A stretch of DNA of 64,000 nt, from positions 1,185 through 65,184 of the forward strand of contig CAKJYC010000004.1 of NCBI GenBank assembly GCA_918244965.1. Reading direction: 5' to 3'. A program made the translations under genes and the position numbers. This document shows positions 47,190 through 56,391 of this stretch, in pieces; the first letter of the stretch is position 1; the number at the start of each line of letters is the position of its first letter. The stretch is from Clostridiales bacterium (GTDB taxonomy: Bacteria; Bacillota; Clostridia; Christensenellales; CAG-138). The notes below the pieces were generated by a model. It had not been told where the DNA came from, searched no databases, and saw nothing but the letters and a program-made list of their open reading frames with translations.

Positions 47190-48086
47190 TCATTTCCGAT
47201 CAAAAAATAATATATAATCTATAATCACAGACAATTGCAGATGCTTGAGATCGCCGGAAAGCATCTCTGTCTGTATGGTATCATGTTCTTTCAGGAATGT
47301 CGAGAGCTTTGTCTCATATTTTTCGATGAGTTCACGAATCGGTTTGATGGAATCGTCTTTAATTTGTACAAGATTACGTTCGATTTCTGCGCATTCTTTT
47401 TGCATTGAGTGCAGACGGTTCAACAGCTCCGTCGGATCACATTCCGCTTTGTCAAAGGCCAGAGCAAGTCCGCAGAGTGTTTCCGGAACCGTGTTCATAA
47501 GTTTTACTAAAGTGCGGATTGCATCTGCCGCCTCTTTATCTCCGTCGATCGTCAGCTTCAACGCATGCTTTTCAACGATATACGGCGTTGCCTCAAATCC
47601 GTCTGCACGCACTTGTGCTTGCACTTTCACAAGACTCGTTTCATTGGTATATGCGGCAGCAAATACGCGATACACAGACCCGTCCGGATACACAACTCCT
47701 GCTGCGCCGAGCCGACGCAGCTCTTCTGCATGCGCCTGTGCATCGGATTCTTCTATGAATGCGCCCATTTGGAGAATATAGAACGGCGTTTCTTCAATTG
47801 AAATGGTTTCCTTTGTCTTTTCAGACGGTTTCGGCGCAGGACTGTTCTGCTCGATTTTAGCATCCTGTTGCTGAAGAGCCGCCGCGATCTCCTTATCTTC
47901 AGACGGCCCCGAAATACAGCCGTATACCGGAATCACGACATTGTCCAGCAGAAAACTGCCGACCGGAGACAGAACAACGATTGTTGCGATCAAGATGATG
48001 CTGAAGATAACGATCAATGCAGTCCATACGCGCCCGGAACGTGACGTATGGTTGCGTTTTACAGGCATATGTCTGTGCTTTTCCAT
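47190..48086 (-). CDS. membrane-anchored SPOR-domain protein
   Basis: N-terminal TM; FYILQMGAF....A and YRVFAAAY SPOR-like motifs; AAGGAGG SD. Confidence 0.7.
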   Translation of the reverse strand: MEKHRHMPVKRNHTSRSGRVWTALIVIFSIILIATIVVLSPVGSFLLDNVVIPVYGCISGPSEDKEIAAALQQQDAKIEQNSPAPKPSEKTKETISIEETPFYILQMGAFIEESDAQAHAEELRRLGAAGVVYPDGSVYRVFAAAYTNETSLVKVQAQVRADGFEATPYIVEKHALKLTIDGDKEAADAIRTLVKLMNTVPETLCGLALAFDKAECDPTELLNRLHSMQKECAEIERNLVQIKDDSIKPIRELIEKYETKLSTFLKEHDTIQTEMLSGDLKHLQLSVIIDYILFFDRK

Positions 48087-48155
48087 AGAAAAAACCTCCT
48101 TGCGATGTTGTTACAGCATACGCACGGAAGGTTTCCTATATGTCATGTACGTGTA

Positions 48156-49985
48156 TTATTCTTTTTCCGGAGGATCCTGCATCGGCATAATGATATCCGG
48201 AACCGATGAGAGCGGGATCGCGTTGCTGACATATTTCTTCAGCGTGAAGCGGAAGCACGTCCACTCCCCTTCCTTGCTGTCGACCTCGATCTGTTCCTCA
48301 AGCTGGTCCATAATCTTCTTCGCAATGGAAAGACCAAGCCCGGTACCGCCGTCCTTACGCGACTGGTCGACCTTATAGAACCGCTCGAATACGCGGCTCA
48401 TGTTTTCCTTCGAAATGCCGATACCGTCATCCCAGACCTCTATCATCACTTCGTGCGGTGTGTCGGACGCACGAAGGCGGATCCTGGTCTTTGCATAGCG
48501 AAGTGCATTGTCGATCAGGATCACGAGTACCTGCTCGATGCGATCGCGATCGCTGAGCACAGGCGACAAAGATTCTTCTGTTTCAAGTTCAATGGTGATG
48601 TTGCGCTTCCTTGCTTCGGTCTGGAAGCTTTGACGAACCTCTTCCAAAAGCTCGTTTGCATCAAACATCGTCATTTCCATTGCTTCCGTGCCAGCTTGCA
48701 GACGGGAAAGCTGCAGCATATCCGTGATCAGTCTGGAAAGTCGTTCCACTTCATGCAGCATGATCGTATAGTAGCGCTTCTGTGCTTCCGGATCCTTTAC
48801 CATACCATCGGACAACGGCTCCAAAAGACCGCGCAGCGAGGTTAACGGCGTGCGCAGCTCATGGCTGATGTTTGCAACATACTCGTTGCGCATGCGTTCC
48901 AGCTTTTCGATTTCCGTTGCGTCCTTAAACAGACCTACAGCGCCGATACAGCCTTCCGTATCGGATAGCACAGGCACGATCGAGATCCAAAGCACGCGTT
49001 CTCCGGGCAGGTTGTAATGGAACATACGCGGCTCTTCGGAATCTACGACAGCCTCAAACGCCTCCCATACGGAACGGTCAGGGACGAGATCCAACGTAGT
49101 ATGTACATCGACGGATCCGAACATTTTCATCAACGCCGGGTTATAGTGTGTCAATACGCCTTGTTTGTCGATCGCGGCAACGCCGTCGCTAAAGCTGGAT
49201 AAGATGTAACCCAACTGACGTTTCTCATTCTCAAGCTGACGGATCGTCGAAGAAAGCGCTCTGCTCATGTTGTTGAGCGTACGCGCAAACAATCCAAGCT
49301 CGCCGGGATATCCGTCCTTGGCGCGCACATCGTAATTGCCTTTGGAAAGCTGTTTGGCGACCTGTGTCATCTCTGTAATCGGATGCAGCATCTGGTTGAC
49401 AGCAAAATATGCCGTCAGTATCAGAAGCGGAAGCAGCAAGAGCATGACAAGCCACAGCGATCGGGTCAGTCTGGAGAACGCACTATTGATGTTACTGATC
49501 TCTCGGATCAAAACAAAGCAACCGGATGGCCGCGATTCGTTCCAGGCATACAGCGGTCTTCCGATGCAGATCGCAGCGGTTCTTCCGCTGATCTTGTAGT
49601 CGTCCAACTCGACTGTCTGACCGGAGAACAGCTTTTGACAAATGCTGAGCAATCGTTCATCCAGAACGATGCTTTCATTGTTCGTGCTTGTCACATATGT
49701 ATTCCGCAGCGTATCGCCGATGATCAGGATATATGACGTGTTCTTCGAAGATGACAAAGAATCCAGATACCACTGGCAGGACGCGTTTACAAAGTCGGGT
49801 CCGTACGGCTGAGAATACAGCTGCTGTACGCTGTCCGCAGATTGATTCAGCGATTTGTGCTCCAAATCTATGTAGGTTCTTCTACCGAAATAAGTATACG
49901 CAAGAACCAGCAGCACGTTTCCGATGATCAGCAGCACGATGCAGATCAGAAAAGCTCTGCGAAATACCTCTCCTCTGCGTTTCAT
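48156..49985 (-). CDS. sensor histidine kinase (HAMP/PAS/HisKA/HATPase)
   Basis: Two TMs, SHELRTPL H-box, LIDNALRY, DDGIGI, FERFYKVD, GTGLGL. Confidence 0.92.
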   Translation of the reverse strand: MKRRGEVFRRAFLICIVLLIIGNVLLVLAYTYFGRRTYIDLEHKSLNQSADSVQQLYSQPYGPDFVNASCQWYLDSLSSSKNTSYILIIGDTLRNTYVTSTNNESIVLDERLLSICQKLFSGQTVELDDYKISGRTAAICIGRPLYAWNESRPSGCFVLIREISNINSAFSRLTRSLWLVMLLLLPLLILTAYFAVNQMLHPITEMTQVAKQLSKGNYDVRAKDGYPGELGLFARTLNNMSRALSSTIRQLENEKRQLGYILSSFSDGVAAIDKQGVLTHYNPALMKMFGSVDVHTTLDLVPDRSVWEAFEAVVDSEEPRMFHYNLPGERVLWISIVPVLSDTEGCIGAVGLFKDATEIEKLERMRNEYVANISHELRTPLTSLRGLLEPLSDGMVKDPEAQKRYYTIMLHEVERLSRLITDMLQLSRLQAGTEAMEMTMFDANELLEEVRQSFQTEARKRNITIELETEESLSPVLSDRDRIEQVLVILIDNALRYAKTRIRLRASDTPHEVMIEVWDDGIGISKENMSRVFERFYKVDQSRKDGGTGLGLSIAKKIMDQLEEQIEVDSKEGEWTCFRFTLKKYVSNAIPLSSVPDIIMPMQDPPEKE

Positions 49986-49991
49986 ACGAGT

Positions 49992-50681
49992 TTACGGGTT
50001 TTCTAACTCAAATTTGTAGCCGACGCCGTAAATGGTTTTAATGCTCCAGCCCAGTCCCTCGGAATCGAGCTTGGCGCGAAGGCGTTTGATGTGCGTGTCG
50101 ACCGTTCTGGTTTCGCCTGCAAAGTCATACCCCCACACGCGGGACAGAAGCGTATCGCGTGTGAATACTTGTCCCGGATTGGACGCGAGCATGTACAGGA
50201 TCTCAATCTCTTTCGGCGTGCAGATGATATGCTTGCCGCGTAGTGTAACGGAATAGCTGTTGAGATCAATGACAAGGCCGTTGTACGTCAGCAGATTCGG
50301 ATCATTCGATTCTTCCTTTTTTTCAACACGGCGCAGAATTGCCTTGACGCGCGCGACGACCTCGCGCGGGCTGAACGGTTTTACGATATAATCGTCTGCA
50401 CCGAGCTCAAGGCCGAGAATCCGATCGATCTCCTCCCCCTTTGCTGTCAGCATGACGATCGGAAGCGCGGATGTCTTGCGGATCTCGCGGCAGACGTCGA
50501 TACCGGATTTCTTCGGCATCATGATATCAAGGATCATCAATGAAACGGAACTGTCGGCTTTTTCCAGGCCCTCTTCTCCGTCAAATGCGTCAATGACTTC
50601 ATAGCCTTCGGCTTCGAAATAAATACGTAAGGATTCATGTACAACGGGCTCGTCGTCACAAATCAGAATTCTTGCAGCCAT
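49992..50681 (-). CDS. OmpR/PhoB family response regulator
   Basis: CDDE, LDIMMP, LTAK, GADDYIVKPF, RTVDTHIKRLR. Confidence 0.95.
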   Translation of the reverse strand: MAARILICDDEPVVHESLRIYFEAEGYEVIDAFDGEEGLEKADSSVSLMILDIMMPKKSGIDVCREIRKTSALPIVMLTAKGEEIDRILGLELGADDYIVKPFSPREVVARVKAILRRVEKKEESNDPNLLTYNGLVIDLNSYSVTLRGKHIICTPKEIEILYMLASNPGQVFTRDTLLSRVWGYDFAGETRTVDTHIKRLRAKLDSEGLGWSIKTIYGVGYKFELENP

Positions 50682-50782
50682 CAAAATACCCTCCCAGTTT
50701 TCTGATTCTATTATATCAGGCGGACAGATTCCGGCAAGTGGTTTCCATAATCGTTTTCCCTAATTTCACAGGAATGCCATGA

Positions 50783-53467
50783 TTACGGCAGAGACAGCAG
50801 ACGGTTGTACTCCTGCAGAAGCAGATCGTATGCCGCATGATAATCATCCGTATTCGATGCGCTGCGCATACGGTCTATGAGATCGGCCAGATATGCTTTC
50901 TCTGCATCGGAAATCAATTCGTTGTCCTGCATCAGCGACTCGACCGCGAAGATCAGCGCGTCGCCTTTTTGTTTGAGCGCATCGAGAGAAGAATCGATCG
51001 TACAGACCGGGAACTCTGCAATGAACTGCGCAATGCTGCGATCGGTTCTCACCCACGTATCTTCAAACAGTTTATCGAGGATATCGTCGCTCAAATTGTA
51101 GAACGGATTGCCCGGACGCAGCAGAACAAACGTACGCTGTTCGATATCGTCAGGATCGCAGAATTTGCCGGCGATCGCGCCGGAATGCTTGCAGATCGAC
51201 AGCGTCACATGCATATCGCAGGCCTCTGTCGGCACGTTTGAATATGTGAACCAATCCGTCACGGTCTTATATCCGGAAAACGCTTTCCTGCTGTTCTGAT
51301 AGTGTACGCAGGCGTCAGAAGCGAGCTTACCGGAAATCGGACAAACGGTACGCTGTACAAGGCCAAGCGTTGTTTCTGTTTCTTTGATGATCGGATCGCT
51401 TTGTACGCCGTTCATCAGAGGCTCCATAAACAGATGCCAGAGCTCCGCCGCGTATGCACCGCCGGTCGAGTTTGTTTCGAGCTTGTTTGCAGGATAATCG
51501 TGACCGATCCAAACGACGGCGGTATACTTACAGGTCATGCCCGCAAAGAATACGCTTGCATAGTCGGAATTGGTACCGGTCTTCCCCGCTACTTCGTATC
51601 CGTCAATTCTGGCTTTGGAGCCGGTACCGGATTCGACTGCATTCTTTAGTATGTCGACGAGCAAATATGCCGTTGCCGGATCGGAATAAACCTTCACCTG
51701 CGTTCCGCGGATCACATCGGCATTCAGGATCACATTGCCCTCGTTGTCCGTGACCTTTGTAAAGGACAGCGGCTCGTTATAATACCCGTTGTTGGCGATG
51801 GCGGCATATGCAGCGCACATTTCAAGCGGCGAGATACCGCTTGTGCCGAGCGCGAGACCGGGGCCGTCTTTATTGATACGCGATTCGGGAATGCCGAGGC
51901 GCTTCATATACGCAACAGCGCGGTCAATCCCCACATATTTTGAGAACAGCATGCGTGCGGCAACGACATTCAGAGATTGAACCAATCCGTATCGGAGCGT
52001 GACAGGACCGTAATGCTTTTTTTGAAGCCCGCCTTCCGGATAGCCTTTCTCGCCGCCCCATCCGTCGATGTTGCCTTCGGTGTTCGCTACGATCGTTGCG
52101 GGAGAAGCCCCGTTGTCAAGCGCCGGGCCGTAAATACTGAGCGGCTTAATGGACGATCCTACCTCTACATAGCTTTGCGTTGCACGATTCAAGCCCTTGC
52201 GGATGATCGGTTCTGTGCGTCCGCCGATGATCGCGCGGATTTCACCGGTCGACTGATCCATGACGACCGCAGCCGCCTGCGGCTCGATCGTTTCGATCGT
52301 AATGCTGTCGGAGATCGTTTCCGTAATCACGTTCTGACTCATATCCGCCAGCTTCGGATAACCGTCCCAATTCGTAATTGCAGACTGTACAGTATTCTGC
52401 ACATTGGGATCGAGTGTCGTGTAGATGCGGTAACCGCCGGTCCTGAGCTTGTTTTCGTACAGCTGACGGTTTTGCGTATTATTGACCACACCATCCTTTT
52501 GGAGCCAATGCGTGATCACGTCATCGATACAGTACTCCACAAAGTACGCATAATCGTACATCCTGCTGTTTTCGGATTTCGGGATGATGTACAGCTCTTC
52601 ATTCAGCGCATTCAGATACTGCTCACGCGTGATCTTGTCGTTTTCGTACATACGCGCAAGGACGGTATTCGTGCGCGCGACCGTGTATTTCTCATACGCA
52701 TCCTCGTCGCGGCCGTAGGTTTCCCAATAGTAATTCAGGCGCGGATTGTATCGGTACGGGTTTTGCGTTAGACCTGCAATCAAAGCGCATTCGCGTACCG
52801 TCAGCTCGTTCAGATCCTTGCCGAAGTAGTCTTTGGCAGCGGTTTTGACGCCGTAGTTCGATCCGCCGAGATAGATATCATTCAGATATGCTTCGAGTAT
52901 GTCATCCTTCCCCATGACCTTTTCGCATTGCAGTGCAAGAAAGGCTTCCTGGATTTTCCGCTTATAGGTGCGTTCAGCTCCAAGGACTTTATTCTTGATC
53001 AACTGCTGCGTGATCGTGCTGCCGCCGGATGAGTTGCTGTTGCCGAGAATCTCCAGCGCGGCAGAAAACAGGCGCTTGAAATCGACGCCGCTGTGCTTAT
53101 AGAAGCGAACGTCTTCCACGGAAATGAATGCGTTGCGCAGCATCTCCGGAATATCTTCAAGATCGACCCAGTCACGGTACTCAATTGCCGTGATCGACAT
53201 GAGCTCATTGCCGTTCATGTCATAGAGATAGGAAGTACGGTCGCTCTTGGTCAGCTGTGCGATATCAAATACGGGCGTAGTGTCGATATATGCCTTCAAA
53301 ACACCATAGGCGAGACCTGCACCGGCCATGCCGACGATCAGGATCGCAACAAGCAACAGTTTGAGCGATAAAAACAACACGTCCAAAGCAAACAGCTTTC
53401 GCCCTTTGTTTTGCGTGAAAAGAGATTCTTTTCCGATAGGAAACCGTTTTTTTGCATTACTTTCCAT
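50783..53467 (-). CDS. class A penicillin-binding protein (PBP1A family)
   Basis: EDVRF..H.G, GSTITQQ, RKIQE transglycosylase motifs; SSIK, SLN, KTG transpeptidase motifs; Cys-containing C-terminal extension. Confidence 0.93.
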   Translation of the reverse strand: MESNAKKRFPIGKESLFTQNKGRKLFALDVLFLSLKLLLVAILIVGMAGAGLAYGVLKAYIDTTPVFDIAQLTKSDRTSYLYDMNGNELMSITAIEYRDWVDLEDIPEMLRNAFISVEDVRFYKHSGVDFKRLFSAALEILGNSNSSGGSTITQQLIKNKVLGAERTYKRKIQEAFLALQCEKVMGKDDILEAYLNDIYLGGSNYGVKTAAKDYFGKDLNELTVRECALIAGLTQNPYRYNPRLNYYWETYGRDEDAYEKYTVARTNTVLARMYENDKITREQYLNALNEELYIIPKSENSRMYDYAYFVEYCIDDVITHWLQKDGVVNNTQNRQLYENKLRTGGYRIYTTLDPNVQNTVQSAITNWDGYPKLADMSQNVITETISDSITIETIEPQAAAVVMDQSTGEIRAIIGGRTEPIIRKGLNRATQSYVEVGSSIKPLSIYGPALDNGASPATIVANTEGNIDGWGGEKGYPEGGLQKKHYGPVTLRYGLVQSLNVVAARMLFSKYVGIDRAVAYMKRLGIPESRINKDGPGLALGTSGISPLEMCAAYAAIANNGYYNEPLSFTKVTDNEGNVILNADVIRGTQVKVYSDPATAYLLVDILKNAVESGTGSKARIDGYEVAGKTGTNSDYASVFFAGMTCKYTAVVWIGHDYPANKLETNSTGGAYAAELWHLFMEPLMNGVQSDPIIKETETTLGLVQRTVCPISGKLASDACVHYQNSRKAFSGYKTVTDWFTYSNVPTEACDMHVTLSICKHSGAIAGKFCDPDDIEQRTFVLLRPGNPFYNLSDDILDKLFEDTWVRTDRSIAQFIAEFPVCTIDSSLDALKQKGDALIFAVESLMQDNELISDAEKAYLADLIDRMRSASNTDDYHAAYDLLLQEYNRLLSLP

Positions 53468-53550
53468 GTGTAAAGTATATCATACTTTTCCCGATTCGGA
53501 AGAGTTTTTTACCGAATTCACAAAAATAACACGTTCCTGTGAAAAAAAGC

Positions 53551-53579
53551 TTGCCTTTTTCAAAAGAATGCCGTATAAT
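53551..53579 (+). promoter_or_regulatory. sigma-A promoter of tRNA-Ala
   Basis: TTGCCT-17 nt-TATAAT. Confidence 0.75.
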
Positions 53580-53590
53580 ACCATCTGTTC

Positions 53591-53667
53591 GGGGCTTTAG
53601 CGAAGTTGGCTATCGCGCTACACTGGCAGTGTAGAGATCAGGGGTTCGACTCCCCTAAGCTCCACCA
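53591..53667 (+). tRNA. tRNA-Ala(GGC)
   Basis: Acceptor GGGGCTT/AAGCTCC with G3:U70, anticodon arm CTACA-CTGGCAG-TGTAG, GTTCGAC T-loop, encoded CCA. Confidence 0.95.
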
Positions 53668-53670
53668 AAT

Positions 53671-53694
53671 GAGCCGCGCAAATGCGCGGCTCTT
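53671..53694. terminator. hairpin between convergent tRNA-Ala and folA
   Basis: gagccgcgca-aa-tgcgcggctc; T-tract weak. Confidence 0.6.
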
Positions 53695-53709
53695 GCTATA
53701 TCCTGTGGA

Positions 53710-54213
53710 TTACAAAGACTTTAGATCGGTATTCGTATACGTCAGATAGCGGAAGGATACGTCGTTTTCTGTTTGCCTCTCTCCGGCATCTGAAAGAATC
53801 CAGTTCGGAAGCTGATTCAGATTCGGAAAGAAACGATCGGAATCTACGTCTGTTTCGGTCATCGTAACCAGCGCAGAGGAACAAAACGGCAAAAGCAACC
53901 GATAGATCTGTTCGCCCCCGCAGACAAATACGGAATCCGGCCTTCGATCCGCAAGAAGCGCGCGCAATTGAGACAGATCCCGACAGGCCATCGCGCCTTC
54001 CATCGCATAATCCGGATCGCGGCTGAAAACGATGTTTTCACGGCCGGGCAGCGGCAGACCGTTCGGAAAGGTCGCAAGCGTTTTGCGTCCGACGATGATG
54101 GTATTTCCCGAAGTCAGCGTGCGAAAACGGCGCATGTCGGAACGAATGCGCACAAGAAGTCTGTTCTCTTTTCCGATCCCCCATTCTTCGGAGACGTTTA
54201 CGATTGCAATCAT
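53710..54213 (-). CDS. folA: dihydrofolate reductase
   Basis: GIGKEN.L, DM.RF, GRKT, PLPGR.N, CGGEQIY, DRFFP; downstream of thyA. Confidence 0.93.
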   Translation of the reverse strand: MIAIVNVSEEWGIGKENRLLVRIRSDMRRFRTLTSGNTIIVGRKTLATFPNGLPLPGRENIVFSRDPDYAMEGAMACRDLSQLRALLADRRPDSVFVCGGEQIYRLLLPFCSSALVTMTETDVDSDRFFPNLNQLPNWILSDAGERQTENDVSFRYLTYTNTDLKSL

Positions 54214-54216
54214 GAT

Positions 54217-55047
54217 TCAGATCGCGACGGGAATGGTCCCGTCAAAAGGATGATACTTGTAATCTTCCATCCGGAAGCTCTTCGTTGTGAAAGCATAAAA
54301 GTCCGTCACATTCGGATCGACCGAAAACTTCGGCGCATCATACGATTCCAGCTTCAGCATACGTTCGACCATTTCCACATGCCTGTCATAGATATGACAA
54401 TCAGCAATGACGTGTACAAGCTCGCCGGGTTCCAGGCCGGACACCTGTGCAAACATATGAATAAGCGCTGCGTATTGTACGACGTTCCAGTTGTTTGCGG
54501 TCAACATATCCTGGGAACGCTGATTCAGGATGGCATTGAGTTTGTTTCCGGCAACGTTGAAGGTCATGCTGTACGCGCAAGGATACAGATGCATTTCGTG
54601 AAGGTCCTGAAAGTTGTACATGCTCGTCAGGATCCTGCGGCTTGCCGGATCATGCGTGAGCTGCCACAGTACGCGATCGACCTGATCGAATTCCCCCTCC
54701 GGATATCGGTGCTTCTGTGCAAGCTGATACCCGTATGCCTTGCCGATCGAACCGGTTTCATCTGCCCAGCTGTCCCAGATGCGGCTTGAAAGATCGTGCA
54801 CATCGTTGGATTTCTTCTGCCAGATCCACAGAAGCTCATCGATTGCCGATTTCCAATAGGTCCTGCGCAGCGTCATGATCGGAAACTCTTTCTGAAGATC
54901 GTACCGGTTGACGATGCCGAACAGCTTGACTGTATGCGCGGGCGTACCGTCCTCCCAATGCGGACGTACGGAAAGCGAGGTGTCCCAAACACCCTCGCTT
55001 AAGATCCTTCGGCAATTTTCAATATAGACCTGATCCGCGTAGCTCAT
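54217..55047 (-). CDS. thyA: thymidylate synthase
   Basis: ELLW, IGKAYGYQ, SRR, LYPC catalytic Cys, QRSQD, HIYDRH. Confidence 0.95.
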   Translation of the reverse strand: MSYADQVYIENCRRILSEGVWDTSLSVRPHWEDGTPAHTVKLFGIVNRYDLQKEFPIMTLRRTYWKSAIDELLWIWQKKSNDVHDLSSRIWDSWADETGSIGKAYGYQLAQKHRYPEGEFDQVDRVLWQLTHDPASRRILTSMYNFQDLHEMHLYPCAYSMTFNVAGNKLNAILNQRSQDMLTANNWNVVQYAALIHMFAQVSGLEPGELVHVIADCHIYDRHVEMVERMLKLESYDAPKFSVDPNVTDFYAFTTKSFRMEDYKYHPFDGTIPVAI

Positions 55048-55104
55048 AACAAAACCTCCGATATGATCGGTATCATTATACCACAATCGGAGGTTTACGC
55101 AAGA

Positions 55105-55569
55105 TTATGTTTTTGTGATAAAGACGTTTGAGCAGTTTTTACACGTCACCCGGATCTTGCCCTTGTGTCTCGGCGCACGCATGCGGAGCTTACATTGCGG
55201 GCATTTGAAATACCGGTATGTTTTGCGGTCCTTCCATTCCTGCTTTTTGGAGGAGAACCAGCGGCGAATCCGCTGCGTCCGGTACAGATAGCGTGTGTTT
55301 TCCTTCTGCCGTTTAGCAATGTTCCGAGAGAATACACGAAACGCCCAGTAAGCCATCAACGCGATCCCGATCCCATATACAACATAGTACAAGATGCGGA
55401 ACACGTTGTATGCGCCGATCATCTCATGACGCAGAAACAGCAAGGAAAGGAACGTGAACAGAATCGCAGTCAAAAGACATCCGAGACTCAGCCGGTTCAG
55501 AAACTTTGCAAAGGCGTCGACGCCGTTGCGTCCCTGCATAAAACGATATAAACGATTACGAAAGCTCAT
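55105..55569 (-). CDS. membrane protein with C-terminal zinc finger
   Basis: RFMQGRNG.D N-terminus, two TMs, RVFSRN, CPQC...CKNC. Confidence 0.8.
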   Translation of the reverse strand: MSFRNRLYRFMQGRNGVDAFAKFLNRLSLGCLLTAILFTFLSLLFLRHEMIGAYNVFRILYYVVYGIGIALMAYWAFRVFSRNIAKRQKENTRYLYRTQRIRRWFSSKKQEWKDRKTYRYFKCPQCKLRMRAPRHKGKIRVTCKNCSNVFITKT

Positions 55570-56137
55570 ATTGATCTCCTATGACGTTTTCCGTCACCTG
55601 TGTTTGCACGGTTTCCTGCTCTTTCCCGCTCTCGACAAAAAAAGGATAATAACAGGTATACAGGAATCCGTTCACGACACATTTTACAAACAAAAAGACC
55701 AGAACAAACAGAAGAACAAGATAGATGAGACGGAAGGTCCGTCGCTGCGGCGCCTGATTTGTTCTGCGCTGTTGCTCTTCAAAGATAGAGCTCCAGCCGA
55801 ACGGCGGCTCGTTTTCGTTGGTCGCATTTCCTCCCGTATAGGAGCCTCCGTAGTATCCCTGGCCCGTACGGTAATATGTCTGCCAGGGATTGGAACCGTA
55901 TCCGTACTGCTGGTACGTTGCCTGCTGTCGTTCCGAAGCGCGGTATGCGGCGCGCTTTTCTGCCGATTTGATCTGATCGTACGCAACATTGACGTCGTTC
56001 ATCTTCGCTGCAGCGGACGGATCGTTGGGGTTCAGGTCCGGATGGTATTTTTTGGCAAGCCGTCTGTATGCGTTTCGGATTTCTTCATCCGTCGCCGTTT
56101 CCGGAACGCCGAGAACCGTATACGGATTCTTTGCCAT
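55556..56137 (-). CDS. DnaJ (J-domain) protein with C-terminal TM
   Basis: NPY.VLGV, AYRRLAKKYHPD, N.AYD; G/Y/Q-rich linker; hydrophobic helix. Confidence 0.85.
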   Translation of the reverse strand: MAKNPYTVLGVPETATDEEIRNAYRRLAKKYHPDLNPNDPSAAAKMNDVNVAYDQIKSAEKRAAYRASERQQATYQQYGYGSNPWQTYYRTGQGYYGGSYTGGNATNENEPPFGWSSIFEEQQRRTNQAPQRRTFRLIYLVLLFVLVFLFVKCVVNGFLYTCYYPFFVESGKEQETVQTQVTENVIGDQYELS

Positions 56138-56280
56138 GCCGAACTGATCCCCCTTTCTTTTCATCTTTTGTTATGTTACTCAATTTTAATCGATTCGTCA
56201 ATGCAGTTCACAAGATTGTTGCATTTCATCTGCAATTTTGTACAGAATGGGTTCTGATGCTCCTTTGACGGTATTGTGAA

Positions 56281-56309
56281 TTGACACGGAAACGATCTCA
56301 TGATAGTAT
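56281..56309 (+). promoter_or_regulatory. sigma-A promoter
   Basis: TTGACA-17 nt-TAGTAT with TG extension. Confidence 0.75.
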
Positions 56310-56328
56310 ACAAAAGGAGGAAGACGAT

Positions 56329-56391
56329 ATGAATCCTGCAAGAATGATTGCGGACAATCTCTGTGACGTTGTTCCGTCGGCTGTAAAATGA
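56329..56391 (+). CDS. 20-aa upstream ORF (MNPARMIADNLCDVVPSAVK)
   Basis: AGGAGG SD 8 nt before ATG; its TGA overlaps the next ATG (ATGA). Confidence 0.5.
   Translation: MNPARMIADNLCDVVPSAVK

Noticed and set aside
48108-48145. Possible sigma-E promoter for the SPOR gene (and sigma-G/F-like promoter at about 36375-36410 for the SASP genes)
   Set aside because: Only partial matches to short consensus sequences; plausible but not supportable without alignment.
50741-50781. Possible direct-repeat box for the OmpR-family regulator (also 53507-53532)
   Set aside because: Repeats are too degenerate to distinguish from AT-rich promoter background by eye.
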